This document shows, piece by piece, positions 45,425 to 55,210 of a stretch of 55,740 bases of DNA. A model generated the notes under the pieces. That model saw nothing but the letters and a program-made list of their open reading frames with translations. It did not search any database and was not told the DNA's origin. Position 1 is the stretch's first letter; each line of letters opens with the position of its first letter. The stretch is from Candidatus Thorarchaeota archaeon (lineage in GTDB: Archaea > Asgardarchaeota > Thorarchaeia > Thorarchaeales > Thorarchaeaceae), in the NCBI GenBank assembly GCA_019894665.1, contig JAGXOC010000006.1, positions 1 through 55,740 on the forward strand, in the 5' to 3' direction. A program made the position numbers and the translations under genes.

Positions 45425-47014
45425 TCAGTTTCCTCTACGAAACCAGCTCCGAATTTTCGCTAAAGCTTCTATCTCAGGCTTTTCCACAACTCGGAGAGTC
45501 CATTTTGTTTCATCCATGCTTGAAAATTCAAGAAAAGCAACTTCTCCCTCAGAACGAATTTTCTCCATCTCTTGTAATCTGCCATTTAGCCATGCTTTCT
45601 TTGAGACTGGCATCCGTGCCGTTGCCATATCAAAGAGTGCAGGATGTAGATCAAAGATCAGGGCGCGTTCCTTCATGTATTCAAGAACACCTTCTTGAAG
45701 TGCTTGATTTATTTTTTCTCGGTCAGTAAAGAATGATGCCGCTACTGACATGTTAGGATATTTCTCAGGTATGTTGAGTGCGAACCTGAATGATTGACTG
45801 AACTTGGAAAGATGTGTTGCTGCATCAAGGAAAAGAACGGTCTTTGGTTTCCCCTCAAACTCATCTTCTGATATATCCAATTCAGATCCAGTAAACGCCT
45901 CCTCCTGGCCGATTACAGATTGAATCAACTGGTCTGTGACAGGTGGAAGGTCACCCTCCTCAATGGTTTCGACTGATTCATAGGAGAGCGCGTCACTTTC
46001 CCACTCCTCATCCTTCTTCCCCTTCTTCTCTTCTTCCGGTTTTTTCTTGGGGCGTCTGTGGGGAGGTATGTATCCTATCTCCTCTACAAGGTGTTGTAGA
46101 ACTAGTGGGAGAAATAGATCATAGAGTGTTCCACGAGTTTCAAGAATGATTAATACTGGTTTGAAAGATGCAACAGCCTCGACAAGACCTGAGTTGAACT
46201 CAGGGGATTCATCGAAGAATCGCTTGAGTTTCTCTTCGGAGTACCCTCTCTTCACTCGGTCGGTCCACTCTAAATAGACGTCCTTGACTTCCTGTTTTCT
46301 ACGATCTTTGACCAAGCTCATGAACTTGCCCAGATACCTGACGCCACGAGACACGGCTGTGGCAGGGCTAATGAACACAGTCATCATCCCCACGGCCTCA
46401 CCTGCATAATCACTTGCTTCAGTGCTTCGGATTTTGCCCATGACCTCTTCAGTGAGCGATGGAGGTCCCAGTTTCTCCACAAGAACTTCAATCATTCCTG
46501 CATAGTCTTCAAATGAGGCATCCCCCGGCCCAACTCGTTCACCAACAGGTGATGCGTCTGACAGAACCTCAGCAAACACGTTTGGTCTCTTGACGAGCCA
46601 ATTCAGAGGAATCCGTAAAGATGAATATTCATGAAGCCATTGCCTATCGGACTCTTTCGGTCCAAAATAGAACTTTGAAGAATCAGGAAAGAGACCATCG
46701 AAAATCTCCATGAACTGGTCAAAACCAGCTCTTGTACTCAGACCCATCTCATCTTTTTCCATGGCATCAACAACGAAGACAAGACCCGTTTCCTTATCTT
46801 TTACCATTCTTGCCATTGTCAACATGACTTGTTTTGGTGAAAGGTAGAGGAGATCACTCTCTGCAAATGGCGCATCATAGAACGAGAAAAAACCCAATCG
46901 TCTCCATGGTTTTCTAGACAAGTCTGCATTAGCAAGATGTGAGAACCATTCATACCCGCGCTTGTATCTAGGAACTGATTCATCATCTATTTCTGAGGGG
47001 GCCATATGATACAC
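45425..47014 (-). CDS. Hypothetical protein (no family recognised)
   Basis: 529-aa ORF with ordinary globular composition and one Lys/Glu-rich insert (..RRPKKKPEEEKKGKKDEEWES..). Confidence 0.5.
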   Translation of the reverse strand: MYHMAPSEIDDESVPRYKRGYEWFSHLANADLSRKPWRRLGFFSFYDAPFAESDLLYLSPKQVMLTMARMVKDKETGLVFVVDAMEKDEMGLSTRAGFDQFMEIFDGLFPDSSKFYFGPKESDRQWLHEYSSLRIPLNWLVKRPNVFAEVLSDASPVGERVGPGDASFEDYAGMIEVLVEKLGPPSLTEEVMGKIRSTEASDYAGEAVGMMTVFISPATAVSRGVRYLGKFMSLVKDRRKQEVKDVYLEWTDRVKRGYSEEKLKRFFDESPEFNSGLVEAVASFKPVLIILETRGTLYDLFLPLVLQHLVEEIGYIPPHRRPKKKPEEEKKGKKDEEWESDALSYESVETIEEGDLPPVTDQLIQSVIGQEEAFTGSELDISEDEFEGKPKTVLFLDAATHLSKFSQSFRFALNIPEKYPNMSVAASFFTDREKINQALQEGVLEYMKERALIFDLHPALFDMATARMPVSKKAWLNGRLQEMEKIRSEGEVAFLEFSSMDETKWTLRVVEKPEIEALAKIRSWFRRGN

Positions 47015-47083
47015 CTAAGGACCGGGTTTATTCGACCCTCTAAGGCTGTTTGCTTCGCTGTTGAGATAAAGCTATTGTATCTA

Positions 47084-48283
47084 TCAATCTGCTCTCACAG
47101 CTAGAACTGCAAGAACAAGAGCAACCACAACAATTCCTACTATTACTAAGGTTCTCCACTCAAAACCAGTTCCACCAGGAGAATTGGGGTCCTCTGATGC
47201 TGAAAGGATACTGAGTGCTCCATCGAAATCAGCCATGCTCAATATTTCACATGCGTAGCCGGAATAGATGAGCTTGCCAGTGCTAAATCCTGGTGCAATC
47301 GCAAAACTGCCATCTAGCGATTGACAATTCAGAATGAAGGATTCAGCCGCTGAAATATTGACAGTAGTGAATGCGGTGAGAGTTTCCAGTGCTTTAAAGC
47401 CAAAGTAGGTGCTTTGCAGATTAGGTTCCAAAGTACCATTGCCTTCCTCAAAACCACCGATGAATTCCGGTCGTTCGTGATCCAGAATTTGGCGTGATTG
47501 TAACCATGACAGTATGTTTACAGAATCAGGAACAGCTGCAAATGGATCCAATGCTCTGTAGGCCAATACAGCTGCTGTAGTAGCAGTGACACCTGCTAAC
47601 TCTGAATTAGGATGGAGCATGTATGCAACACCATTCTTGCAGCTCTCAATCCACTCAACTGTTGCAGTTTCGTTTTGCAACCAGTTCCAAGCATTCTCCA
47701 ACGGATACAACGTGTCGATTAGCCTGATAGACATTAATGCGTAGGCTGTTGACAGCAAATCTGGAGATGCTCCGGTTTCAATACCAAAACCTCCAGAAGC
47801 AGTCTGGGTTTTATTTATCCAGAGAAGGTTTGATGTGGCATTGATGCTATAGTCCTCTGTCCCTGGAATATCACTCTGTTCCATCAGGATCTCCCAAGTC
47901 ACGAGGCCTCTGTAATTGCCTCCGTTAGTAACTGGTCCTAAGAGGTAGTCGCTAAAACCTCCGAACCTTGGTTCTTCATCCTCATCTCCAGTGAACCATT
48001 GGTGTGTTACTATAAAGTTCATGACCGTCGTGACAGAGATTGGCGGAGGTCGATTATCAATAGTGCCCACTTCATTCATGATGCTGATAGCACCATAAGT
48101 TGGATCGACCCGTGTAACTCCTTCACCTGGTATTGAATAACCCCCTCTGACAGTATCGTATCTGCCGTTCATATATGACATAAGAGAGTCATATCGACTT
48201 GCTGCAGCAACCGGCTGCGCTGTAAAAGCAAGCAGTACAAAGGTGAATGCGAGTGCAATTGCTATGACTTTGACCCTTTTCAT
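47084..48283 (-). CDS. Secreted, C-terminally anchored protein with prenyltransferase/terpene-cyclase-like alpha-alpha toroid repeats
   Basis: Signal peptide MKRVKVIAIALAFTFVLLAFTAQPVAA. Repeats of the type GGF....g..PDLLSTAYAL / GGFEEGNGTLEPNLQSTYFG / DGSFAIAPG. C-terminal TM helix. Confidence 0.55.
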   Translation of the reverse strand: MKRVKVIAIALAFTFVLLAFTAQPVAAASRYDSLMSYMNGRYDTVRGGYSIPGEGVTRVDPTYGAISIMNEVGTIDNRPPPISVTTVMNFIVTHQWFTGDEDEEPRFGGFSDYLLGPVTNGGNYRGLVTWEILMEQSDIPGTEDYSINATSNLLWINKTQTASGGFGIETGASPDLLSTAYALMSIRLIDTLYPLENAWNWLQNETATVEWIESCKNGVAYMLHPNSELAGVTATTAAVLAYRALDPFAAVPDSVNILSWLQSRQILDHERPEFIGGFEEGNGTLEPNLQSTYFGFKALETLTAFTTVNISAAESFILNCQSLDGSFAIAPGFSTGKLIYSGYACEILSMADFDGALSILSASEDPNSPGGTGFEWRTLVIVGIVVVALVLAVLAVRAD

Positions 48284-48409
48284 AATTACATCACGGTCAA
48301 TCTAAATGTCACTGAGGCTCGCCTCAGCGCGTTGAGCATCGGAAAGGAGAGCGGTTATTAACGTTTCCCCACAACAAAGGATGTACTAGATTTTGAAGTC
48401 CGGAAATCA

Positions 48410-49363
48410 CTATGCATAGCCAATGGGACCTCTCTGTATCTTCCTGATGTATGCATATGCTGAGTCCGCTGCAATAGCACCGTGACCAACAGCTACCGCA
48501 ATCTGTTTCATAGACTCAACAACGTCGCCTGCTGCAAAGACTCCTTGTATATTTGTTGACTGTTTCGCACAGAACAGGATTTCTCCACGGTCATTTGTTT
48601 CCACACCAATACTCTTTGCTAGAGAGCTCTCTGGATTAGACCCAAGCGCAACGAACGCACCGTCCACGGATAGGGTTCGTTCTTCTCCGGTCTTCACGTT
48701 TTCTAGAAGTAGTTCATTGACAAGGTCATCGCCCCGAATCTCCTTGACAATTGTATCCCAAAGTATCTCCACACTGGAATTGAATATATAATCCTGAATG
48801 ATCTTCTCAGCCCTCAGTTCATCCCTTCTATGGATAAGATAGACTTTACCGACGACTTCTGAGAGATATAGTGCCTCGGTGACTGCTGTGTTTCCACCCC
48901 CCACTACAGCAACCGTCTTGTCTCGGAAGAGTGGTCCATCGCAGGTGGCACAATATGAAACTCCCCGGCCAGTAAGTTGGCCTTCTCCAGGCACATTGAG
49001 GTGTTTGTGACCTCCACCTGTTGCGAAAATTATCGCTTTGGCTCTGTAGACTCCACGTCGAGTTTCGAGGAGAAAGTCTCCATCATCTCCTTCTCTCGAT
49101 ATATTCTTGACCTCTGTGATCTCTCTGACGAATGCTCCACATTTCTTGACCTGCTCTTTCATCTTGGTCGCAAGTTCCAGTCCTACAACAAATGTGTAAC
49201 CCGGATAGTTCTCAATACCCGGACTTGTGGCCTGTGCTCCCCCAAGGACCTTAGATTCCAAAAGTAATATCTTGAGCCCATATCGTGCTCCGTATATGGC
49301 TGCTGTCATCCCTGCAGGGCCGCCACCGATAACAATGAGTTCCCAGTTCAAGTCCTCTGTCAA
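48410..49363 (-). CDS. trxB: Thioredoxin-disulfide reductase
   Basis: FAD site VIGGGPAGMTAA, redox-active CATCDG, NADPH site VAVVGGGNTAVTEALYL, and C-terminal GVFAAGDV. Confidence 0.9.
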   Translation of the reverse strand: MTEDLNWELIVIGGGPAGMTAAIYGARYGLKILLLESKVLGGAQATSPGIENYPGYTFVVGLELATKMKEQVKKCGAFVREITEVKNISREGDDGDFLLETRRGVYRAKAIIFATGGGHKHLNVPGEGQLTGRGVSYCATCDGPLFRDKTVAVVGGGNTAVTEALYLSEVVGKVYLIHRRDELRAEKIIQDYIFNSSVEILWDTIVKEIRGDDLVNELLLENVKTGEERTLSVDGAFVALGSNPESSLAKSIGVETNDRGEILFCAKQSTNIQGVFAAGDVVESMKQIAVAVGHGAIAADSAYAYIRKIQRGPIGYA

Positions 49364-49419
49364 TCTGCTGTCTCCGTCGTTTGGTCCCGGGTATAGTATC
49401 CTGTTTTCTTTATTCTGGC

Positions 49420-50292
49420 TTAATCTTTCTTTCCTGTGCGGACGGAAATTGCAAGGTGTTCGAGGTAATCCACTGATATTTCACACTCCGGCTTGATCTC
49501 CAAACGATTAATTGGTTTCAATAAATCTGAAATCCTTCTAAAGGTCACCTCTCTTATCGGGAGGCTGCCTCGATTCGTCAGATATGCTGCTTTTCTGAAT
49601 CTCTCAGGGTCGTAAGTGAAGATGTGTGCAGGACTTATCAGAAGAACTGCATCGACACGCTCTAACCCATCCCAAGGCCATGCAGCATCATTGAACCCTT
49701 CTATTAGAACAACATCTGCAGATTTCTCTACTTCGGTGAAAGAATCTGATACATGTTTTTCAAAGTTCAATCTTTCAAACTCTTGGACTTCCTTGAGATT
49801 GTTGACGGAAAGAATGCCTGCACCCCTCGTCAGCATCCCGACCTCTTCCTGCTTTATGATCAGGCGCTCTTCTTCCACAAGCCTCTGCGCAACTAGAACA
49901 GTTGTGTCAATTCCAGAAGCATCTGGACGACTAAATCGTTCCATTGTGAGAATCGAACTTGCTCCTGCGATGCCCAATGTGTTCGTCATGTTCTGCAATG
50001 GCTTTTCTAACCTCATTGGAACAAACAGATTATGAACAGGATTAGCCAGCTCAATGGGACTCTTTGGATTCAAGAACTTCCGAACTTTCATTGCGTCTAT
50101 GGAAGCTAGTACACCGTTCTGTAGACACGTCTTCGTATGCTCGTGGTTGTACCAGTAGTTGTGTCCACTCAGAGGTTTGAAATACTCAATAGAATGACCT
50201 TCCTCAGATAGAGATCTAATCAATCGGATAGCAAACTGCGTCTTCCCAGAGTCGAAGCTATTCATTCCGACAAGTAAGATACGCTTGGTCAT
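49420..50292 (-). CDS. BioD-like (dethiobiotin-synthetase-fold) P-loop protein, function unknown
   Basis: N-terminal ILLVGMNSFDSGKTQFAIRLIRSL....EYFKPLSG resembles the BioD/AAA_26 P-loop and KP..sG pattern. The rest is unassigned. Confidence 0.45.
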   Translation of the reverse strand: MTKRILLVGMNSFDSGKTQFAIRLIRSLSEEGHSIEYFKPLSGHNYWYNHEHTKTCLQNGVLASIDAMKVRKFLNPKSPIELANPVHNLFVPMRLEKPLQNMTNTLGIAGASSILTMERFSRPDASGIDTTVLVAQRLVEEERLIIKQEEVGMLTRGAGILSVNNLKEVQEFERLNFEKHVSDSFTEVEKSADVVLIEGFNDAAWPWDGLERVDAVLLISPAHIFTYDPERFRKAAYLTNRGSLPIREVTFRRISDLLKPINRLEIKPECEISVDYLEHLAISVRTGKKD

Positions 50293-50359
50293 TCTAATGA
50301 ACCCCGTTGAAAAAGAAATGAGTGGAGCCTCGCGGCTCCAAAATTGTTTTGGTCTGATA

Positions 50360-52018
50360 TTACATCATTCCGGGCATTCCGCCCATTCCACCAGGCATGC
50401 CACCCATACCACCAGCACCCGGTGGTGGACCAGCAGAAGCCCTAGCAGCGATGACATCATCAATCCTGAGGATCATCTGTGCTGCTTCAGCGGCGGCACG
50501 GATTGCTTGACTCTTGACTCGTGTTGGTTCAATAACACCAGCCTTCATCATGTCAGAAGTCCTACCCTTCATCACATCAACACCGAACCAGAGACCAGTC
50601 GCCTTGGAGTGGTCCTTGTTCAGGTCAGCAATGAGGTCAATGGGATCATGACCGCCATTCTCAGTGAGTGTCTTAGGAATGACAAGTAGTGACTCAGCGA
50701 ATGCTTCTATAGCTAACTGCTCACGGCCACCGACTTCGTTGGCATATGCCTCAAGTCTCTTGGAAATCTCGGCCTCTATTGAACCACCGCCAGCAACGTA
50801 AGTTGAATCCTCAACAACATTCCTCACAACACAGAGTGCGTCGTGAATTGCTCTGTCGGCTTCGTCAACAACATGTTCAGTACCACCGCGAATCACGATT
50901 GATACGGCTTTTGGATCCTTGCAGTCTTTGACGTAAACGAGCTTATCATCAGCAATTCTGACCTCTTCGACGGTTCCAGCTGAACCCAAGTAGGTCTTAT
51001 CCAACTCATCAAGGCTTGTGGCTATCTTTGCGCCTGTGGCCTTGCCGAGCTTCTCAAGAGTGCTCTTCTTAGCCCTGCGGACTGCCATGATTCCAGCCTT
51101 AGCGAGGAAGTGCTGTGCAACATCATCAATACCTTTCTGGCAGACGAGTACGTTTGCGCCGCTTGCGACAATCTTGTCAACCATGCTTGTGAGCATGCGT
51201 TCTTCCTCATCGAGGAATGCTTTGATCTGCTCAGGACTGTCGATCCTGATCTCTGCATCAAACTCGGTCTTCTCGACCTCGATAGCTGCGTTGACAAGAG
51301 CAATCTTTGCTCCCAAGACCTTCCTTGGCATTGAAGCATGAACTATTTCCTTGTCAATGACCATACCCTTGACGAGTTCGGTCTCGCCTAGGCTCTTGCC
51401 CTTCTTCTTGATAATCTCGATCATATCGATGTCAGCTTTCGGACCATCATCGGTCTTCTCAGTAATTTGAAGTACTGCGTCAACAGCAATCTTTGCGAAG
51501 AGGTCCCTAGAACCTACGACTGATTTGCTGTTCATCGATGTTGCAGCGATGCCGGTCAAAATCTTTTTGTCCATGCCAACCATCGATACTGAAATATCCT
51601 TGAGTATCGCTGAAGCCTTTTCGGCTGCTTTGTGATAACCGCCAACAATTATTGTTGGGTGAATCTTCATTTCCAACAAATCTTGTGCTCTCTTCAGGAG
51701 CTCTCCAGCTATGACAACGGATGTTGTTGTGCCGTCACCGGTCTCCTGATCTTGGCTCTTCGCCACTTCCACGAGCATCTTTGCTGCTGGGTGCTGTACA
51801 TCAATCTCTTTCAGGATTGAAGCGCCATCGTTTGTGATAGTCACGTCTCCCAGACTGTCCACGAGCATTTTATCCATGCCGCGCGGGCCAAGAGTGGATT
51901 TCACAGCATCAGATATTACAATACCCGCCATGATGTTGTTTTCTTGTGCGGACTTGCCGCGTGTTCTTGAAGTCCCTTCTTTGAGAATATAGATGGGTGT
52001 TCCAGACAACTGTGCCAT
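50360..52018 (-). CDS. ths: Thermosome subunit (group II chaperonin)
   Basis: ..[28 protein letters not shown].., ..GDGTTT.., ..VAGGG.., and a C-terminal GGM tail [20 protein letters not shown]. Confidence 0.95.
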   Translation of the reverse strand: MAQLSGTPIYILKEGTSRTRGKSAQENNIMAGIVISDAVKSTLGPRGMDKMLVDSLGDVTITNDGASILKEIDVQHPAAKMLVEVAKSQDQETGDGTTTSVVIAGELLKRAQDLLEMKIHPTIIVGGYHKAAEKASAILKDISVSMVGMDKKILTGIAATSMNSKSVVGSRDLFAKIAVDAVLQITEKTDDGPKADIDMIEIIKKKGKSLGETELVKGMVIDKEIVHASMPRKVLGAKIALVNAAIEVEKTEFDAEIRIDSPEQIKAFLDEEERMLTSMVDKIVASGANVLVCQKGIDDVAQHFLAKAGIMAVRRAKKSTLEKLGKATGAKIATSLDELDKTYLGSAGTVEEVRIADDKLVYVKDCKDPKAVSIVIRGGTEHVVDEADRAIHDALCVVRNVVEDSTYVAGGGSIEAEISKRLEAYANEVGGREQLAIEAFAESLLVIPKTLTENGGHDPIDLIADLNKDHSKATGLWFGVDVMKGRTSDMMKAGVIEPTRVKSQAIRAAAEAAQMILRIDDVIAARASAGPPPGAGGMGGMPGGMGGMPGMM

Positions 52019-52091
52019 TTTATTTTCACCTTATGGTTTGCTTCAGTACTATTCTAATTCCTAGGATAGAATAGTGTACTGTTCATTATGC

Positions 52092-52146
52092 AAAACTGTA
52101 CATGCACTTCGGCATATACTTCTAAGAAAACTGTGCATGAACTTCG
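52092..52146. promoter_or_regulatory. Two 20-nt direct repeats in the thermosome upstream region
   Basis: AAAACTGTACATGCACTTCG (52092-52111) and AAAACTGTGCATGAACTTCG (52127-52146) match at 18 of 20 positions with a 35-nt register. The second abuts TTTTTAAAG (TATA-like on either strand). Confidence 0.45.
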
Positions 52147-52253
52147 TTTTTAAAGCTTGGCAAAGGCCACCATCACTGGATTCTCGAAGTACAAATCTCT
52201 TACTTTCAAAGGGCTTATCTGAATGCAAAGGTTGGATACAATGAGGGTCTGTA

Positions 52254-52814
52254 ATGACAACAGATGAGTTTTCAACTGAGCCGGAACTTTATGGAGTAAG
52301 CCCAGGAATCATAAGGATGATTATGATTATTGTTACAGTATTCTCTCCTCTCGGTTTCATTCCAATGAATTATGGCATGTTTGGGGTCTTCAACATGCTG
52401 CCTGGGATATATGGGCTTTTCTGGATAATCGTAAATCCTTTCTCCTATCTTCCTTTGTGTCTGTTCAATATTCTCTATGTTCGTCAATTAGTGAGATACT
52501 ACCAAGCCAAAAGTTCCAGAGATAGTGTTCATCTGATCGGCCTCTTGAGCATCATGCTACCCACAGTAATCATCTTGTATGTTTCCGGGATGTTGGGTAG
52601 TTTTGCAATCCTTTATCCCATTCCTTTGCAATTCTTAATCGGTCTGGTTATCATGCGCAGAATTGAAGGTCCTGAAGTCATTTCGCCTTGGTCTGGTATG
52701 CGGCTAGACCTGTCATGGTGGAAGCGGCGGCGACCAAAACGTAAAGATGACTGGGATCCCTTCGAGGAGAAGACGAAGGCTTCAGTGAAAGATGATTGGA
52801 TCGAAGATGAATGA
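52254..52814 (+). CDS. Hypothetical membrane protein, paralog 1
   Basis: 186 aa with 4-5 TM helices. It shares TEPELYGVSPGIIRMIMIIVTVFSPLGF and NILYVRQLVRYYQAKSSRDSV blocks with the next gene. Confidence 0.55.
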   Translation: MTTDEFSTEPELYGVSPGIIRMIMIIVTVFSPLGFIPMNYGMFGVFNMLPGIYGLFWIIVNPFSYLPLCLFNILYVRQLVRYYQAKSSRDSVHLIGLLSIMLPTVIILYVSGMLGSFAILYPIPLQFLIGLVIMRRIEGPEVISPWSGMRLDLSWWKRRRPKRKDDWDPFEEKTKASVKDDWIEDE

Positions 52815-52914
52815 GTCCAACCGTAGCGAGGAAAGTATACAATCACTGGATTCTTTTCAGTCGAAAAAGAAAAAAGACCATTAAGAAAGAAGAATGGCGT
52901 GAGGGGAAGATAGT

Positions 52915-53418
52915 ATGGCTGATGTAAGAGCCTCTGAACCAGAATTAGTAGGTGTCAGTCCCACAGTGATTGCCTTCTTCATGACAATAGTCACATTGAT
53001 GGTACCACTAGGATTCTTCACCTCAAACGTGATTGTTCTTTTCGACTGGTATATAGGTCCCGGCGTCTATGCCCTTTTTTGGGCTTTTGGACATACACCT
53101 GGCTCTTGGGGCATCATACCCTTTCATTTCTTCTCACCTACGTTCTTGAAATTAGCATTCACTCTCGGAATTTTCAACATCCTCTATGTTGTTCAGATTG
53201 TTAGATATTATCAAGGAAAGGTTTCAAAGAATAGTGTCATAATGGTTGGTATCATCAGTCTTGCCTACCCTACAGTGTTTGCACTGGTATCTACAGCAAT
53301 AAGCCTACCATTAGTCATGGTAGGGGTTGTCTGGCCAATTCCTGCACAATTTCTAGTTGGCCTGATATTCATATTCATGCTTCCCGGACCTGAACCCGAA
53401 AGCACTCCAATTGAGTAA
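52915..53418 (+). CDS. Hypothetical membrane protein, paralog 2
   Basis: 167 aa. SEPELVGVSPTVIAFFMTIVTLMVPLGF and NILYVVQIVRYYQGKVSKNSV blocks parallel paralog 1. Confidence 0.55.
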   Translation: MADVRASEPELVGVSPTVIAFFMTIVTLMVPLGFFTSNVIVLFDWYIGPGVYALFWAFGHTPGSWGIIPFHFFSPTFLKLAFTLGIFNILYVVQIVRYYQGKVSKNSVIMVGIISLAYPTVFALVSTAISLPLVMVGVVWPIPAQFLVGLIFIFMLPGPEPESTPIE

Positions 53419-55210
53419 CATATCAGTCCCTAGCAAAGGACATAAGAATGACAGGAACGCTCGAAGAATAATACGGGAGTGTCTAGTTCATATGGACATT
53501 ACATTCAACATTGGTGGAGAAGCCGGTCAAGGCATTGACACGATCGGAGACCTACTAGCCCAGGTCTTTGTCCAATCAGGCTTCTATACCTTCACGATAA
53601 AGGATTTTGAATCACGAATCCGCGGAGGATATAATTTCACTCAGATTCGAGTCAGTGACCGACCAATCCACGCACCAGTGGATTACATCGATGTAATAGT
53701 TGCTCTCTCTCGAGATGCAGTTGTTGGTGTGCGTGACAAACTTGTGGAGGAGGGTGTGATCATCTTCGATGAATCAATAGAGTTTGATGATCTTGAGGCA
53801 TGTCATTTCCCTGCTCCACTCGAAAAAACAGCCAAAGAGGTTGGTGGCAATATACGAATGATGAATGCTGCTGCTCTGGGTGCAATTTTGTCAGTCATCA
53901 AATTTCCATTCAAGCTTGCTGAAGATGTGCTGAACGCGATCTTCGGAAGAAAAGGAGAGAAGGTGGTTGCTGGAAACGTTGCAGTGGCAAAGGCACTTTA
54001 TGATCTGACCACTGAGAATTTTACAGGCACTTGCCGCTACAACCTTGACACTTTAGAGGCTGGACCATGCAAAGATAAGTTGATGCTCACCGGAAACCGA
54101 GCTCTTGCTCTCGGTGCCATTGCTGCAAACCTGAAATGGATATCTGCATATCCAATGAGCCCATCCACTTCGCTTTTCATGGACCTTGTTTCATACTCCA
54201 GAGACCTGAATATTGGTACTTTGCAGACCGAAGATGAACTAGCAGCGATTTGCATGGCCATTGGAGCATCATTTGCAGGAGCTCGTTCAATGGTCACAAC
54301 ATCTGGAGGTGGTTTTGCGCTTATGACCGAGGCAGTAGGTCTTTCTGCAATGGCAGAAGTTCCTGTTGTGATATACAATGCGCAGAGACCAGGACCCAGC
54401 ACTGGATTACCCACCCGTACAGAGCAGGCTGATCTATTCTTCATGGCATTTGCAGGTCAAGGAGAGTTCCCGCGAATCATGCTTGCACCAAAGGATCCGT
54501 TAGAAGCTTTTGATGTTGCAACTAGGGCGTTTAATTTAGCTGATAAGTTTCAGATACCTGTGATGATTCTCGGTGATCAGTATTTTGCTGACTCGGTCAT
54601 GAATGTCCCCAGGATTGATGTTTCTAGTGTCAAGGTGGATCGTGGGAAACTTGCCAAGATTGGTCCTGACTCCACCTACAAGACATACTTACTAACAGAC
54701 GATGGAGTATCTCCCAAGGCATTTCCCGGAGATGAAGGTAAGACGATCGTGGCTTCAGGCAATGTTCATCGTGAGGATGGTCACATCGTCGAAGACATAG
54801 ATATGCGAACCAAAATGGTGGCCAAGCTCATGAATAAGCTGCCAGCTATAATGGAGTCGCTGAACCCACCGGAGCTCTATGGCGATGAGGATGCTGAAAT
54901 CACACTTCTCACTTGGGGGTCAACATGGGGAGCTGCTAATGAAGCGATGCAAATTCTGAAAGATGCTGGTATATCAATCAACCAGCTTCATTTCTGTGAC
55001 ATCTATCCCCTACGGACTGACAAATTGAGGAAAGTCCTAAGTAAATCAAAACAAATCGTTTCAGTTGAGCAGAATGTTACATCACAATTTGCTCAATTGG
55101 TCAAGATGGCTACTGGTATCACAGTCCATCACTATGTCAACAAGTATGATGGGCGACCTATGACTGCAAGATGGATTGTTAATGAGATTAAGGAGGCTGG
55201 TATCAAATGA
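53411..55210 (+). CDS. 2-oxoacid:ferredoxin oxidoreductase, fused gamma/alpha subunit
   Basis: The gamma-like N-terminus is FNIGGEAGQGIDTIGDLLA..F..IRGGYNFTQIRV. The alpha domain is GNRALALGAIAANLKWISAYPMSPSTSL and ..TTSGGGFALMTEA... The likely start is the internal MDITFN (~53483). Confidence 0.85.
   Translation: MSNISVPSKGHKNDRNARRIIRECLVHMDITFNIGGEAGQGIDTIGDLLAQVFVQSGFYTFTIKDFESRIRGGYNFTQIRVSDRPIHAPVDYIDVIVALSRDAVVGVRDKLVEEGVIIFDESIEFDDLEACHFPAPLEKTAKEVGGNIRMMNAAALGAILSVIKFPFKLAEDVLNAIFGRKGEKVVAGNVAVAKALYDLTTENFTGTCRYNLDTLEAGPCKDKLMLTGNRALALGAIAANLKWISAYPMSPSTSLFMDLVSYSRDLNIGTLQTEDELAAICMAIGASFAGARSMVTTSGGGFALMTEAVGLSAMAEVPVVIYNAQRPGPSTGLPTRTEQADLFFMAFAGQGEFPRIMLAPKDPLEAFDVATRAFNLADKFQIPVMILGDQYFADSVMNVPRIDVSSVKVDRGKLAKIGPDSTYKTYLLTDDGVSPKAFPGDEGKTIVASGNVHREDGHIVEDIDMRTKMVAKLMNKLPAIMESLNPPELYGDEDAEITLLTWGSTWGAANEAMQILKDAGISINQLHFCDIYPLRTDKLRKVLSKSKQIVSVEQNVTSQFAQLVKMATGITVHHYVNKYDGRPMTARWIVNEIKEAGIK

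Noticed and set aside
44952-45698. 248-aa + strand ORF (and 45085..45396, 45406..45729) spanning the AbrB-like gene, the intergenic gap and the 3' end of the 529-aa gene.
   Set aside because: It overlaps two minus-strand ORFs with better protein-like composition and a recognisable AbrB-type N-terminus. It shows no motif or start-site support.
50285-50689. 134-aa + strand ORF overlapping the 3' end of the thermosome gene and the upstream gap.
   Set aside because: Its His/Ser/Thr-rich sequence is the antisense reading of the GGM-tail codons, and it has no independent support.
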